A stretch of 64,000 nucleotides of DNA. Origin: Podarcis pityusensis (Eukaryota). A program made the translations under genes and the position numbers. How positions within the stretch are numbered: position 1 is the stretch's first letter; each line of letters begins with the position of its first letter. Under the pieces are notes generated by a model. That model did no database searches. It saw only the letters and a list, made by a program, of their open reading frames with translations, and was not told the DNA's origin. The DNA lies in assembly GCA_964106645.2 (NCBI GenBank), contig OZ067052.1, one strand, 5' to 3'. This document shows positions 12,861 through 26,197 of the stretch, in pieces.

Positions 12861-13911
12861 TCTTTCATAATATAGCAAGCTTAGTTATTGATGCCTATCC
12901 ATGTCTTAGTGACAGGATCTCCTCCTAGGGAGCAGTGGGCCAGAAATAGTTCCACCAAAGAATCAGAGCTCATGTTCTAGTAAGTAAGTTGTGGTCATTG
13001 ATGACTTACATCATGGTAGAAAACATGGTCTATGTGAATTTTCAGGATTGGTGCTGAATAAGATTGTTCAACCTCTGTAACAAGATGGCTGTCTCTTTGC
13101 TCCATGGTTTATTTTCTGTTGCTGTTTGCAAGTTTTTGTGGGGTTCTTTAAAACCTGATAAAACGAAAACCTGTGAGATAGATGTTCTGTTGTGAGCACA
13201 CATTTGAGTCAGGGTATCTGTTATCACCAACTGAAACTCAGAAAACTCTGGTCATTATTCAGTACTGATTTAAACTTAAAAACAAGCTCTCTGGAAACCA
13301 AATGTTCTGGCAGTGGTGGTCTTAGAAGAGACTAGGTGAATTTGAAACCATGCTTATTTATTTTATAAGGTGCTTATTTAATTTCTAAAATGCTGATTGT
13401 CTCTATGTGAATCCTGCCTATCTGACCTAGAAACACTTTCCCATCATTGCCTTATTCCAGATGTATGAGGGCAGATTGTTGTTAGTGGTAAGAGAAAAGC
13501 ACTGCATAGGTTCAGGAATACTGTATTATTTTGCTGGATTTTTATTGCAGCAGTATAGGCTTAAATGGAGCACTAGTTGTACAAGAAAGTTATGGAAGCT
13601 CTTAGGGAAAAGATGTTGAAATTTCTTTTGAGCTGGCTTTAATCTACTTAATCCACCTTGGTGTGTGGTGGCGGGATAGGATAACCCTTTGGGTGCCTTC
13701 CAGACTTCCATTTGGTTTGGGCAAAAATATGGCAGATGATGGATGATACAGCTAAATGAAACTTCCTCATATGCCATGTATCTCAGGCATGCGTTACAGT
13801 ACAATGCTTCCAAGCCCATGGTTTGAATAATGAATAATTGTGCGTTAAAAATTGCTGCAGATGGAGTGTTCTGGGTAGCTTCAATTTCAGAGCAGCATTT
13901 TTGGTTTACTA

Positions 13912-14110
13912 GAGCCAGTGTGGTGTATAGCTGCTGGAATGTTGGATGAAGATCTGGAAGACACAAATTCAAGTCCTCACACAGACATGAAGGTCACTGG
14001 GTAATCTTGGGCCAGTTTGCCATCTCTCAGCCTAGCCTATCTCCCAGGATCGTTGGGATAAAATGGTGGTTGTTGGAAAACCCATGTATGCCACCTTGAG
14101 TTCTTTGCAA
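13912..14110 (+). mobile_element. tRNA-derived SINE (CORE/MIR-like, squamate type)
   Basis: gccagtgtggtgta (A box-like), ttcaagtcc (B box-like), then ctgggtaatcttgggccagt...tctctcagcct core. Confidence 0.6.
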
Positions 14111-14259
14111 GTACAGATAAAATACAAGAAATACAAGAAGCAGAGATAAAATACAATAAGGAAATAAATGAGAGCTCTTCTGGGAAAGCACAATGATATG
14201 TGGCAATTTTATTTATAGTCTATTGTCATAATGTTTTCCGTGTTAGATGTAACCATTTA

Positions 14260-14490
14260 CAGTGGTACCTCAGGTTACAAACACCTTGGGTTACAAACAC
14301 TTTGGGTTACAGACTCCACTAACCCAGAAGTAGTATCTCGGGTTAAGAACTTTACCTCAGGATGAGAACAGAAATCGCGCGGCGGCAGTGGGAGGCCCCA
14401 TTAGCTAAAGTGGTACCTCAGGTTAAGAACAGTTTCAGGTTCAGAATGGATCTCTGGAACGAATTAAGCTCATAACCAGAGGTACCACTG
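14260..14490 (-). mobile_element. Tc1/mariner (Tigger/pogo-like) MITE, copy 1
   Basis: TA|CAGTGGTACCTC...GAGGTACCACTG|TA. Interior is the reverse complement of the copies at 30380 and 51802; strand label is relative only. Confidence 0.88.
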
Positions 14491-15578
14491 TAAATTGTTC
14501 ACACCAGTTTCTGCGTAGCCTAAATTGGGAGAATTTCAGTTATACCTTTCATACCTCCACAGCAGGATGGGGTAAACTCCAGGAGTCCCTTGCTGGTTTT
14601 GAGGATGTTGTGTGGTATTGTACTCCTTAAATATCCTCCAATATGGCAGTGTGGCCCTCTAGATCCTATCCCTGACCATTGGCAGTGCTGGCTGGGGCAG
14701 ATGGGGGTTGGAATCCATCAATGTATAGAGGGCCAAAGATTCCGCACTCCTCCTTTAAAGGTCAAATCTTACTGTGCATACTTGTGTTAAGTATATATCG
14801 CATGCTTCTCTGGCATAGTATGGGAGGCAGAATTCCTTGGTTCTGGCTCACTACGAGGAAGGTAGCCTGGTGTGTAGTACTCCTTGCTTTCTGTGCCCTG
14901 AAGTATGAAATGTGAGCAAGTCCCTGCTGTCCTTTCTTTGCAGTCTGTATCGTCAGTGCTTAGCAGAAAATCCCATGGGAGGAAATTCCAGTTTGCGAGG
15001 ACAAAGCCCGTGTTCTTTTACTTTTGATCAGTTTCTCTTTCTGCAGTGGTGGTAGTTAGATTATATCTGTGTAGTGTAAATGAGATTTCCTGTAATTCGA
15101 GGGTGCGGAACCTTTTTCACTCAAAGGCTGCATTCCCTTGTAGCCAGCCTTCTAGGGGGAGCGTGCCGATGGGGGTGGACCCCAAAGTGGTGTTGCCAAA
15201 GTGGGCAGGGCTAACGCATACATCCACAAAGCCTGTGCCCCTCATTCATTTTTTCCCTCACCCACACTTCCATTCACTAGGTATACAACTTCCCACCACC
15301 ACAAATATGGTTGGAAGCCCCCCCCCAAGTCTAATTGCAGTGTGGGTGCATTTTCAGTGTAGAAGTCATAGGCCAACCTTTCCCTCCCCGACTGCAGCCC
15401 ATCAAATGTATTTCACACCAAATACAGGTTTCAAGAAACCCTCCTGTTGGGTTCAGTTGGTGGTGGGGCAGTGAGGGGATGTTCTGGACCAAGTCTGGAG
15501 TCTCTGTGCGCCAGTGGTTCCTCATCTCTTCTGTAACACGGTAGCAATTATATTTAATGAGGTTAAGTACCAATAATA

Positions 15579-15933
15579 TGGGGACGCGGGTGGCACTGTG
15601 GTCTAAACCACAGTGCTTAGGGCTTGCCAATTGGAAGGTCTGCAGTTCGAATCCCCGCAATGGGGTGAGCTCCCGTTGTTTGGTCCCAGCTCCTGCCCAC
15701 CTAGCAGTTCAAAAGCAAGTAGATAAATAGGTACTGCTCCAGCGGGAAGGTAAACGATATTTTCGTGCACTGCTCTGGTTCGCCAAAAGCGGCTTAGTCA
15801 TGCTGGCCACATGACCCGGAAGCTTTCTGCAGACAAACGCCGGCTCCCTCAGCCTATAGAGCGAGATGAGTGCACAACCCCAGAGTCGTCCGTGGCTGGA
15901 CTTAACGATCAGGGGTACCTTTACCTTTACATT
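15579..15933 (+). mobile_element. Full-length Sauria SINE
   Basis: gggacgcgggtggcactgtgg head, B box gttcgaatccc, (acctttt-like) tail. TSD taccaataata at 15568-15578 and 15934-15944. Confidence 0.92.
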
Positions 15934-18918
15934 TACCAATAATACTGTATTTCTATAATTGCTGAACATCGTGTGAATGTTCTTAGCCAGCTGCATGTAT
16001 ACAAGTAGAAAGGAGCAAGGCAATCAGTGTGAAGGGAGATAATGCCTTTGTGTTTTCATTTTGCCCCCCCCCCCCCCCAATGTTTCAATCATGGAGGTGT
16101 TGGAATGGTATCTTATGAAGTACACTGAAATAAACTCTCTTGAATAAGGTAACAAACTTGAACCTTTTTGATTTAAAAAATTGCATATAGATTCTAAACT
16201 AACAACCATGCAACCAATTCCTCATAAAATACGACTTTAGACTTAAACATAAGACTTTTTGTACAACAACAGCACCCCAGTCAAAAATGTCACTTGCAGG
16301 TCCTTTGGCACATCTGAAGTTGTTCTTTGGATCATGATACTTATCTCTCAATTTTATTATAACTCGCCTTTAAAAATCTATGAAAAAGCTCACTTTCAAT
16401 ACCGTATCCAAGGAATGGCTTAATAAGCTGTATATGCTGGCAGTTGTATCATATCAAATTAAATACACCCCCCCCCCACACACACACACAAATTCTCTTT
16501 ACACACAGGTGTAATTTTTTTAATTAAAAAACTGTTGGTACGGTTTATTTTTTTCATTAGGCAAAGAACTGGATGCAGTGGAGGTAACTAACAAAAAGCT
16601 GTTCATCTTTTTAAGAATAAGTTATTCTTTATGTATCTCCTGCAGATCAAGAATGTAGTTACATCATCCAGGAACTGGATAGAATCAGAATTCATTCCAG
16701 AAATCGTGACTCAAAATTGGCTTCATGTCTAGAACTATTTGCTTGCTGATCTACGTTAGACGTTTTAGAAAGGGCAAAGTGACACTGCAGCAGTAAGGAG
16801 ATAAAATCATTGTTAACTTACTGTCACTATTATAATTTGTAGGCACTTGGTGGTGATTCAAGTTGTCAAGGGTGAGGAAGGGCCTAGCTTGGTAGAAAGC
16901 CCGTTGGTTGCCAAGAAGAGGAGCTAGAATAAAGTTCACTGGCTTGTGGTAATGAGACCTCCAATGATTGGAGAACAGAGGAGGTGGTGGCTGGCTGATG
17001 ATGCCATCTTGTTTGTTTAGTGGCTTGGCTTTTAAGTGAGGCTGAACTTGCAGCAGTTTGGCTTTTTTTAAGTCTGTTTTAGTCTGTCTGTATTTTCTCT
17101 AAAACTTTATCGTTGAGCTGTGCTTGTCAGTGCCCTGGGTGTTGGTCAGTCAAGTGTCTACTAAAAGTTTGTGTAAGAGCCAAAAAGGAAAACTGGTGTT
17201 GATAACAAGACAGCGAATAAAAATGAAATTGCCTTTTGCAGGCAAAAGACTTCCTTGTTTTCTGCCATGTATTTAATTGGGCGATTTAAAAGAAAATAAA
17301 TTTGCCATATATAACCATTGAAATGCAGCCCTACTTCATGTCATGTATTAAGTACAGTACTCAAAACTACTGCTTAGCTTTCTGGCTTTTGCCATTGCAA
17401 CTGGACACTTAGACATCTGTATAGTCAATAATCTTTGTACATTTGCAAAGGGTCTTTTAAACAGCATCTTCTGTTTCTTAAGTTGACCTCAATGTCTCTC
17501 CAGCTCTTCTACCTGCAACTTTAAAAAATCATTTAAATCTCTTCCTTTGCTGCCAATCTTCAGTCATCTGATAATTATAAGGAGTCTGTTCTGCAGTAAT
17601 GTATCATCAGATCTATCCATCAGTGTTTGGCTATTTCACTTGGGAGAAGAAACCTACAAATTGCCATATTCTAAATACACCTTCTGCTAAACATAAGAAG
17701 ATATGAATCAGACGAAAGGCATTCTTTTCTCACAGTTGCGAAACAGATGCCAATGGGAAACCTACAAGTAGGACATGAGCATTGTAGCATTCTCCTGCAT
17801 ATGATCCTCAGCAACTGGTATTGAAAGCAGTTTTAGAAACTCAGATATATAAGCTAGGCACCAAACCAAGGTTACAGTTTCCAAAACGGAAAGTCTACTT
17901 GCCATTTTGGGGCAAGATGGCTCTTAAGTCTTCTTTTTCAAATGATGGACTGGATGTGATTGATTATCAGTTAAACATCTGGCTGGTTCAGATGACAATT
18001 TTGAGCTAGATTAAGAACTTTGAGGACTGAAAGAAGAAAAGTCACATTATCTAGGGACAGTCCACATATATATTGGCCTATTCCTGCCTCTTTTTCTTAA
18101 TGATGACACACACCATTCATAAGAATATCCTTCACAACTGTGAGCACGGCAGTGCGGTGGGGTAAGTGAAGACAAGCTACAACAGTTGACTAGAATGACA
18201 TTTGCTGCTGCTGCTCAGTCTGCACAGAAAAGCATTTTTGGTTCCTGAAATCCATTCTGATCATCCACATAAAATATAACTGATAGAATTCTACAGGATG
18301 GGGTATTAGTGTGCAAAAACAGTCAAGATCCAATGATCCCCAGGCACGCACCTCCGGATGGTGGAGATATCAGGTGCCATACAGGTGCCCAGGCATCTTC
18401 ACTTGGTTGCAAGTGGTCAGTAGCCAGGTGCAAAATGCACCTGGCTAATTTTGGACACTAATTCAAAGGCATGTTGCCTCTGACGGTGGAAGTAGGGAAC
18501 ATAGCTATCATGGCTGGTAGTCCTTGACTGCTTCTTCTCTGTGATTTGTTTAATTCCCTTTTAAAGCTCTCCAAGCTGGTGGCCAGCACTATATTTTGTG
18601 GTAGCAAATTCCATAATTATTCAATAGCTTGGTTATTTGGTCATAGAAATGAGGAAACCATGAGAGGGGTGTACATGAAGCAAATGGGCAAGGAATATAT
18701 GAGGTCCCATTTATGTGGTTTCCCCCATTACTCCAAATGAAATTTAACCAATACTTGTTTGCTATGGTTATGCTGTTTTTATACAATGCCCTCAGGGTCA
18801 GAATGGTCAACTTCATTCCCCATCAGAAATCCTAAGCATGTCAGTCTCATAAGACATTGAATTGAGTCTGAATAATACTGTGATTGTGCTGTTACGGACT
18901 TAAAACTTATTTTACAGT

Positions 18919-19089
18919 GTGAATCCCTGTTGACAGCGGAACATGTTGCTTTTGGCCAAGATTCAGAGCAGAGAATTTCTGTCCCCAGCTTTGCTTTTAC
19001 AAGTGGTCTGTAGTTGGACTGTGCACAGCGCTTTTTAAAAAATAAAGAACTAGTAAAGCAACATGTCCCGCTGCCACCAAGACTTCATT
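18919..19089. mobile_element. Small MITE-like inverted repeat
   Basis: cagcggaacatgttgcttt (18934-18952) versus aaagcaacatgtcccgctg (19055-19073): 18/19 complementary, with imperfect outward extension. Confidence 0.5.
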
Positions 19090-19547
19090 GAAATAGGGAT
19101 ATTTCTTAGGTGCATAATTATCTGAAAAGAAGTTAATTGCGACTATGAAACCGTCCAGTTTAACTGCTTATTGTATCCATTAATCATAGTGCTAATTACT
19201 TTTATTGCTTCCCACAACTGAGTGACCTGAAGTTATTTCTAAGAATAAAATACAGTAACACAGTAAAAAAAGGAATAAACGTAATCAGAGTAAAAACATC
19301 AGATCAGATATATTGAGTTAAAGCAGCCTGCCTTGAATATTTAAAGATGTCATTCCTACTCCACATTAACATAATCAGAATGAAAACTGGTATCGTCATG
19401 GTCCAGAAATTTATGTTAGAAAACATAGCTTGCAGTGTTTTTCAGTTTTAGGGATACCACCACCAAACATTCCCAGACCTTCAGATTGTCATTCAGTACC
19501 TGGGAATCGTGTTCTGGGGTTCCTAAGCCAGCCTCCCATTTTATGTA

Positions 19548-19831
19548 CAGTGAGGGGGGAAAGTATTTGATCTCCTGCTAAATTTGCCCTTTTGCCCTCT
19601 GACGAAGAAGTGACCAGTCCATAATTTTAATGGTAGGTTTATTCTAGCTGTGAGAGACAGAATAACAACAGGAAAACCCCCAGAAACCCAGAAGACAAAA
19701 GTCATAGATTGATGTGCATTACATTGAGTGAAATAAGTATTTGATCCCCTATCAACCACCCAGATGTCAGGCTACCTGGTATCTTCACTGTATGTAATGA
19801 GCTGAGATTAGAATACTTTTTTCCCTCACTG
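19548..19831. mobile_element. Internally deleted Tc1 transposon (IR/DR type)
   Basis: TA|CAGTGAGGG..AAGTATT and AATACTTTTTTCCCTCACTG|TA termini. The direct repeat AAGTATTTGATC recurs at ~19735. No transposase. Confidence 0.85.
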
Positions 19832-20144
19832 TATGTATTATGTATGTATGTATTTCCCACCTTCGCCCTAATGTCCCAGGGCAGGTTGTAGCATTAAAAC
19901 GCAATATTAAAAACAATTTAAAACAACATGCAACCAAAAACATACATCCCAAGTATTAAAAGCCAGGGTAAAGAGCTGCATCTTCAGCATTCTTCAAAAG
20001 CTGTATAATGAAGGTGCCAGAAACAGATTTGTGGGGAGAACGTTCCACAGCTTAGCAGCCACCAGTACAGAAAATAAATAGATAAAAACAACTTTCCTCT
20101 TCTTCCCAGGTGATGATTATCCTTTTATCTCACTTCCTAATTCC

Positions 20145-20709
20145 AGGTCCCCAAAAAATCTAATTAGTGAAACTAGAAGATACTTGACTTCCCAAATGCC
20201 ATACATAGCTAATCTTGAAATACCAAAACAGCAAAGGGCTTTCACCTTGGCCCATTGTCAGGCCCTCTCTTCAGCAATTCAGGAAGGCCGTTATAGGAAG
20301 ATACCATATGAGGAGAGGAAATGCCCATGTGGCTCTGGGCAGCAGGAAACAACGGATCAATGCCAGTATTATATAGACATTCGAGCCAGGTTTATCCAGC
20401 CCATCCTATATAGATTCCCAGGGTGATCAGAACAACGCAACATCTCCTTATTACTACAGGACAAAAGCCCACAAGTCACATATTCAGTCGCTAGATTCTG
20501 TATAGCTGTTTTAACTGGTCTTTTTAAATTCTTCTTATTAGTTTTTATTCACCCATTATTTATGTTTAATCAAGTATTCTATGTATATGTTTTAATCTAC
20601 GGTTGGTTTTTGCTCCCATTTATTTAATAATTATTCGCTTAGATTCATACTATTTATTTAGATGTCTTGCTTATGCTGGTCTGTGACCGAATAAAGTAAA
20701 TTCAATCAT
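20145..20709 (+). mobile_element. 5'-truncated non-LTR retrotransposon (RTE-X-like 3' end)
   Basis: 15-bp TSD tcacttcctaattcc at 20130-20144 and 20710-20724. ORF2 C-terminus RAFTLA..EGRYRKIPYEERKCPCGSG with Cys-rich knuckle; ends tgaccgaataaa plus short ttca-type tail. Clade assignment from recall. Confidence 0.8.
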
Positions 20710-23568
20710 TCACTTCCTAATTCCTTCCATCTTACCCTACTATCCTCCCCCACCAAGTTTTTGGTGCTTGCATTGACCCAGCCAGAAGGCTATGGCATGA
20801 CCAGGAAATGGAGCAGGCACATGAGGAGGTACTCTACAGGCAGTAGCACTGAGGCCCACCTGAAAATCTTGGCCCACAATTTGAAAAACACTTTGTCAGT
20901 TGATGTGCTTTGCAATATTGGCTTATTCCAAATTCTTCCACATGTTTGACTACTCCACATAGGAGCGTGCTGCTGATACAGGAAACTGTCTTGCTTCCAA
21001 GTGAAAGGCCTCTTTGTTCCAGCTATTGTTCTCTCTAACGTCTGAGGAGATTTCTAGTTTCTGCCGAATTACCCTAAATAAAACTACATAAGGAAGGTGA
21101 AATGTGCCTGTAATATAAGTGTTAAGCAGCAGCATTGAGGCTTCTAAAGAATAAAATATTAGGGAAAAGAAGTTTAGATGCAACAAACCAACTAGCTGGT
21201 TTATACATAACCGGGTATTATGGTTTGTTTAAGCCATCATTTATTTACATACCACAAGTTAACCACAAACAAACAAACAAACAGTGGCTTGATTCTCCAG
21301 ACTTTACTTTCTAGCTGCTATTGCTTCATGCCTTTGTAGTTTATTAAGTGTCATCGGTGGTCACAGGGCACTGGGTTCAAACACAGTGCCAAACCATAGT
21401 TAAAATTGATCAGGCCCTGTTTTGGCACAGAAGCTGCTTTGGTTGCCCTGTATGTTGGGAGAGAGATAGGGGAAATTTGTCCTTGCTAATTCTCCTCAAC
21501 AACATACTATGGCTTCAGATTGTGGTTTGTTGGCTGTAAACAAACCATGGTTAAGCTCCTGGGCAGGGTTCGTACATAACACTTGTTGTAACTTGTTGGC
21601 ATCCGTCTGTCTTGAGAAACAATGGAAGAGTGCTAATAAGCCAGGCCAAAGGAAGGTGCAGTCGCTGATTTTCGAGTGTAAAGTTGGAAAATGTACATAT
21701 CAAGTACAGTATTTCCTCTTTGTACTGAATTTGTTTATTTTATTTTTTTAATCTTACATACCATCCATCAGAAGGCTGCAGGTTAAGTGTATGACTAAAC
21801 GTGGTTGCTAGAGGTTTGCTTCGTGTTTCCCCCTTAAGATGTCTTCCCCGCCTGCATATATTGGTAAATCGGCTCTTTCACTTGGTCTTACAATATCCCT
21901 AATAAGCAAGCCGTCATCCTTGGAGAAAAGCTGCAGCTTAAATTATTATCTTGCAGTCGGCTCTTCCAAATCTCCTTAAGAGCAAGGTCCAGCTGGTATG
22001 TAAAAATGCCTGTGGTGAGCAGTAGCTGTTTGTCATCATCACCTTCTAGTTGGCTTCTGTCTAAAATCCTGTTCAATTGTACTTGTAATACAAGTTAACA
22101 CCCAACAGTTCTATCCCAGCTGGAAATTTTATATATACTACTGAAAGCTGAAAAGCACCAACAGCATTTGGAAGCTTGGTTTCCTAAAGCAAATGGTCAG
22201 GCTAGGTTTTAATTGCCTTGCAACCTCCTTTAGCATCAATCTTTGCTATGCCTTCATCACAGCCTAACCTATAGTTCTGCCTTTGTCCCTGTCTGTATTT
22301 TAATGTTTCTGTTTCTGGTGTATCATCTAATGCATTATAGATGCTAAATAAATGTATATTGGTGATTTTAGGCAGGAACCATACCCCAGAACAGAACAAT
22401 TCTGATACAGGAACATGATGTAAAGTTGGAGTGTCAAACATCAGCCTGTTTATCTGGCTCTTTAGTGTCCCCAGTATTTATTTCCTTTTAAAATATTTCA
22501 ACTCTGCCTTTTGGCCCAAAGACCTACAAAGCAGCTCACAATGCCAATGAAAGCAGTCTGCAATAATAAAACATAAAGGATAAAATGAGAACTGGAACAG
22601 AATTTCGCAGGACAGAGTCATGACATAAAAGACCAGGGAAACTAATGAATTGCAGTGGAGTAAAAAGATCTTAAATGCTTATCTGAATACCAATAATAAG
22701 GTGACTAATTAGACTCCTGGTGGAAGAGAATTCCACAACCTGTGGGCAGTGTACAAAATTTGACCAGGCGCCAGGCACATTTTGCACTTGGCTGTTGGCA
22801 ACTTGTGACCAAATGAAGATGCCCTGGAGTCAGGATAGAGACATATGCTTGGGATCCTTGGATCTTTACTGTTTTCACACTAACAAGACATCCTGTAGAA
22901 TTCTACCCCTGATATTTTATCTGCACAATCAGAAATAATTTCAGGAACCAAAAAGTCGTCTGGCCCCAAAATGGAAACTAGAAATTTGTTTTGGTGACTG
23001 TAGACCTGGTTTAAGGAGTCATTTGATGCCTAGCTTATATATATGAGATTCTAACACTACAGTGAAAGTGCTGGTCCTGCATCCTGGCCAGTTCAGCAGC
23101 ATGTAGAGGAAGATGACAAACTCAAAGAGTGGGCTGGTCCATGTGGGAAAAGGCAGCCATTTAACATTGTCTATGTAATCATGTAGCACACCAATGGAAA
23201 ACCTTTTTCAGCTCAAGGACTGCATTCCCTTCTGGGAGCCCCATGCCAGTAGGGGCAAAAGTGGACATAGCAATTAATATACATTTACCTTTGTACAGTA
23301 CATTAACATGTGCCTCTCTTTGCTCCATTCGGACAAGCAGGAGGCATCATCAGAATGCAAGGACACATTCCAGGCAGGCAAAAATATTTCAGTTGAAAGT
23401 AAGGAAAATATATTTGTACAGGCTCTGCAGCATCATGCACAAGGTCCAGAAATCAAGATTCCAAGGTACATGAGCAAGGCAAGAGTTTCATAACTGAATG
23501 GAAGCTATGGAGATACCCTAACAGTTGACACTCCCCACCCAGCATGCAGGACTCTCCTGCCCTATGAA

Positions 23569-23739
23569 CATAGCTGTCAACTTTCAGATTTGAAAATAAG
23601 GGATCAGCAGCCTCACCTGTCCCGGGGACAGTCTACGGGATATCTAACAATCCGGGATAGCAGCGGGAAGCAGCGGAAAACGACGCTGGAATAAGGGAAT
23701 TTCCCGCAAAAAAAAAAAAAGGGAAGGTTGACAGCTATG
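23569..23739. mobile_element. hAT-type MITE, CpG-rich
   Basis: TIR catagctgtcaac / gttgacagctatg. 8-bp TSD cctatgaa / cctatgag (7/8). Confidence 0.85.
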
Positions 23740-24239
23740 CCTATGAGTCTGCTACTTGCAAGCATACACACTCGCTCTGGGTGTGTGCTTCCGATGTCAC
23801 CTGAGCATGGCAGCTGGTTCTTGATGCCCCTCTGCCCCCAGCTCTTGCCACCTCCTGTTCAGCACCGCCCCAATGAGTCTCTGTGCTTGGCAGAAGGGGC
23901 GGGGGAGAGAGCTGGCAGATATGCTTCCTCCTCCGACATCTATAGACATAAGGGGAGGAACTCGGCTCCTTCCTCCTGCGTCTCTGGCTGCCAAATCATG
24001 CCAGGAACTGCTGGAACCAAGAGGCTCATGTCATGCCTAATAATGACCTGACTTGACCTGGCTTCTCCAGGAAATCGCACAGCTGATGCACAAGCTAAAG
24101 CGGTGCAAAGGGACTCTTAATACTGGCTGTGACATCCCTGCTACACACTACATATTTCAAGTGCTTTCAGGACCAAGAAGCCACAAACAGCAGGCCTGAG
24201 TGCTTCATCACAGGTGTAGAAAATACAACAGTGTATTGT

Positions 24240-24381
24240 GGAACCTTCAAGACTTAAGAATTTTGTTGCATAGTTTCTAGCCCAGGAAAGCTTAGGCTGT
24301 AATAAAAATTGTTAACTTTTAAGGTGCCACAAGACTGTGTTGTTTTTATTGCTACAGACTAACACAGCTGCCTGTGTGGAA
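24240..24381. mobile_element. Penelope-like terminal repeat fragment
   Basis: aataaaaattgttaacttttaaggtgccacaagact...acagactaacacagctg, same family as 57939-58088. Confidence 0.55.
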
Positions 24382-25812
24382 AATGTAGAAATGGCCCTAG
24401 CATGACTGTTTGAACTGCCATATGTACTTATTAGAAGCTTCAGTCTACAGGATGGCCAGGGTGCTTGCATTGTAGAGAGGCAGATAGCGGCCTAGCAGTG
24501 GATCCTCTTTCAAAGACGTTATTTCTTCCCTAACTTGGCAATGTTTTCACTGCCTGGGGTATAGGCAAGGAAGTAAACATTGGCAGGGGGCAGTTGGTGG
24601 AATCAAGAAGAGGACTTTGCAGAGCTGAGGTTCATCTAATCGAGTAAAAATTGATATTTTTGGTGAAAAAGTACAGATGCAACACTTAGACATTTGCTTG
24701 GTGGGAAAATTGACATTTCCTATCTTTCGCATCCCCTAATGCAAAGTTTGTGTCTGATAAATTGTGTGGTCTTCATAGCTCATCTGGTGAATGGAAAAGG
24801 ACACAATAAGCAAAAAATGTGAGGGTTCAAGGAAAGATGCTTTTCTGACAGTATGTCAATGATCTAATCCTGTCAAAATTGCCCTGCTTAGTTTGAGGCT
24901 TCCCAAACCTGTCGCTATTGAGAAATTAAATTTTCTAGGCCAGCTCCGTTTGGCCCACTGCAATTACATAACCTGTTTGACTAAAATCTGTAAGTAAAAC
25001 CATTAATCAGATCTTACGATGAGATTATTACAAACAGAAGCAGGGCTTGCAGCCATCATTACATCATCTCCCTTCATTTACATTAAAAGCAAATGCTTTT
25101 TGTGTGGATTCATCTGAGCTTTTGTGCAGGGAAATTCCTGTCTTGGTATTAGTATCAGAGCCCTGTGTTTATACAATGCTGCTTATAAAAGTGTATTTTT
25201 CAAGCTAGAATGCCCATGTCTAGTTAATTAAAGAGAATTTCTATTCCCAAAATATGTGGCCAGGGAAAGAGAATTTCTATTCCAAAAGTATGTGGCAGAT
25301 ATATTTTTCCAAAATGTTTTCAAAGGCAATTTTAAATAATTAGCATTAAAAAAAACTTGTTAAATTCAAAATGTACTTCACTGTGTATATAGACAAACAT
25401 CATTAATTCAAATTAATTCAAGTCACCATTATGTTAATCATCACAACCTGTACCATAATGCTAGGAGTTTGTTGCATAGACTTCATCAATGAAGGACCCC
25501 TGACTTGCTTCCTCTTTGTAGAAGGCTCTCTGATCATGTCAGTTCAATAAAATATTTCTGACAATCTGTACAAATAAGCAAAACACAAGCAATAAGCTTC
25601 TCTGTTAATATACAATATGAGCATCAATGATGGAGAGGTGTATCGAGTTTGATGTTTTATTTATCTTCTCTGTCCACTGTTGTAGACTGGTATTAAGCAA
25701 CAGTTCATGGGGTTTTTTTTAAATGCTAATCAGAAATAGTACATCAATAAAGCTAATGTAGTTCCTGTAACTTCCTGGCTCCTTCTCAGTGAAATAAATA
25801 TTTGTTTACTAA

Positions 25813-26197
25813 AAGGTAAAGGTAAAGGACCCCTGACAATTAAGTCCAGTCGCAGACGACTCTGGGGTTGCAGCTCTCATCTTGCTTTACAGGCCGAGGG
25901 AGCGGGTGTTTGTCTGCAGACAGTTTTTCCAGGTCATGTGGCCAGCATGACTAAGCCACTTCTGGCGCAACCAAACACCAAAACCAGAGCAGCGCAAGGA
26001 AACACCGTTTACCTTTCCGCCGCAGCAGTACCTATTTATCTACTTGCACTTTTTGTTGTACTTTCGAACTGCTAGGTTGGCAGGAGCTGGGACCGAGCAA
26101 TGGGAGCTCACCCCATTGCGGGGATTCGAACTGCTGACCTTTTGATCGGCAAGCCCAAGGCTCAGTGGTTTAGACCACAGTGCCACCTGCGTCCCAC
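25813..26197 (-). mobile_element. Full-length Sauria SINE, antisense
   Basis: aaaggtaaaggtaaagg tail at left, head ...gccacctgcgtccc at right. TSD ttgtttactaa at 25802-25812 and 26198-26208. Confidence 0.92.

Noticed and set aside
16646-16749. Possible poison exon after tctcctgcag, in frame with exon 3 and ending in TGA
   Set aside because: No convincing downstream donor and no homology. Such acceptor-like sites are common in long introns.
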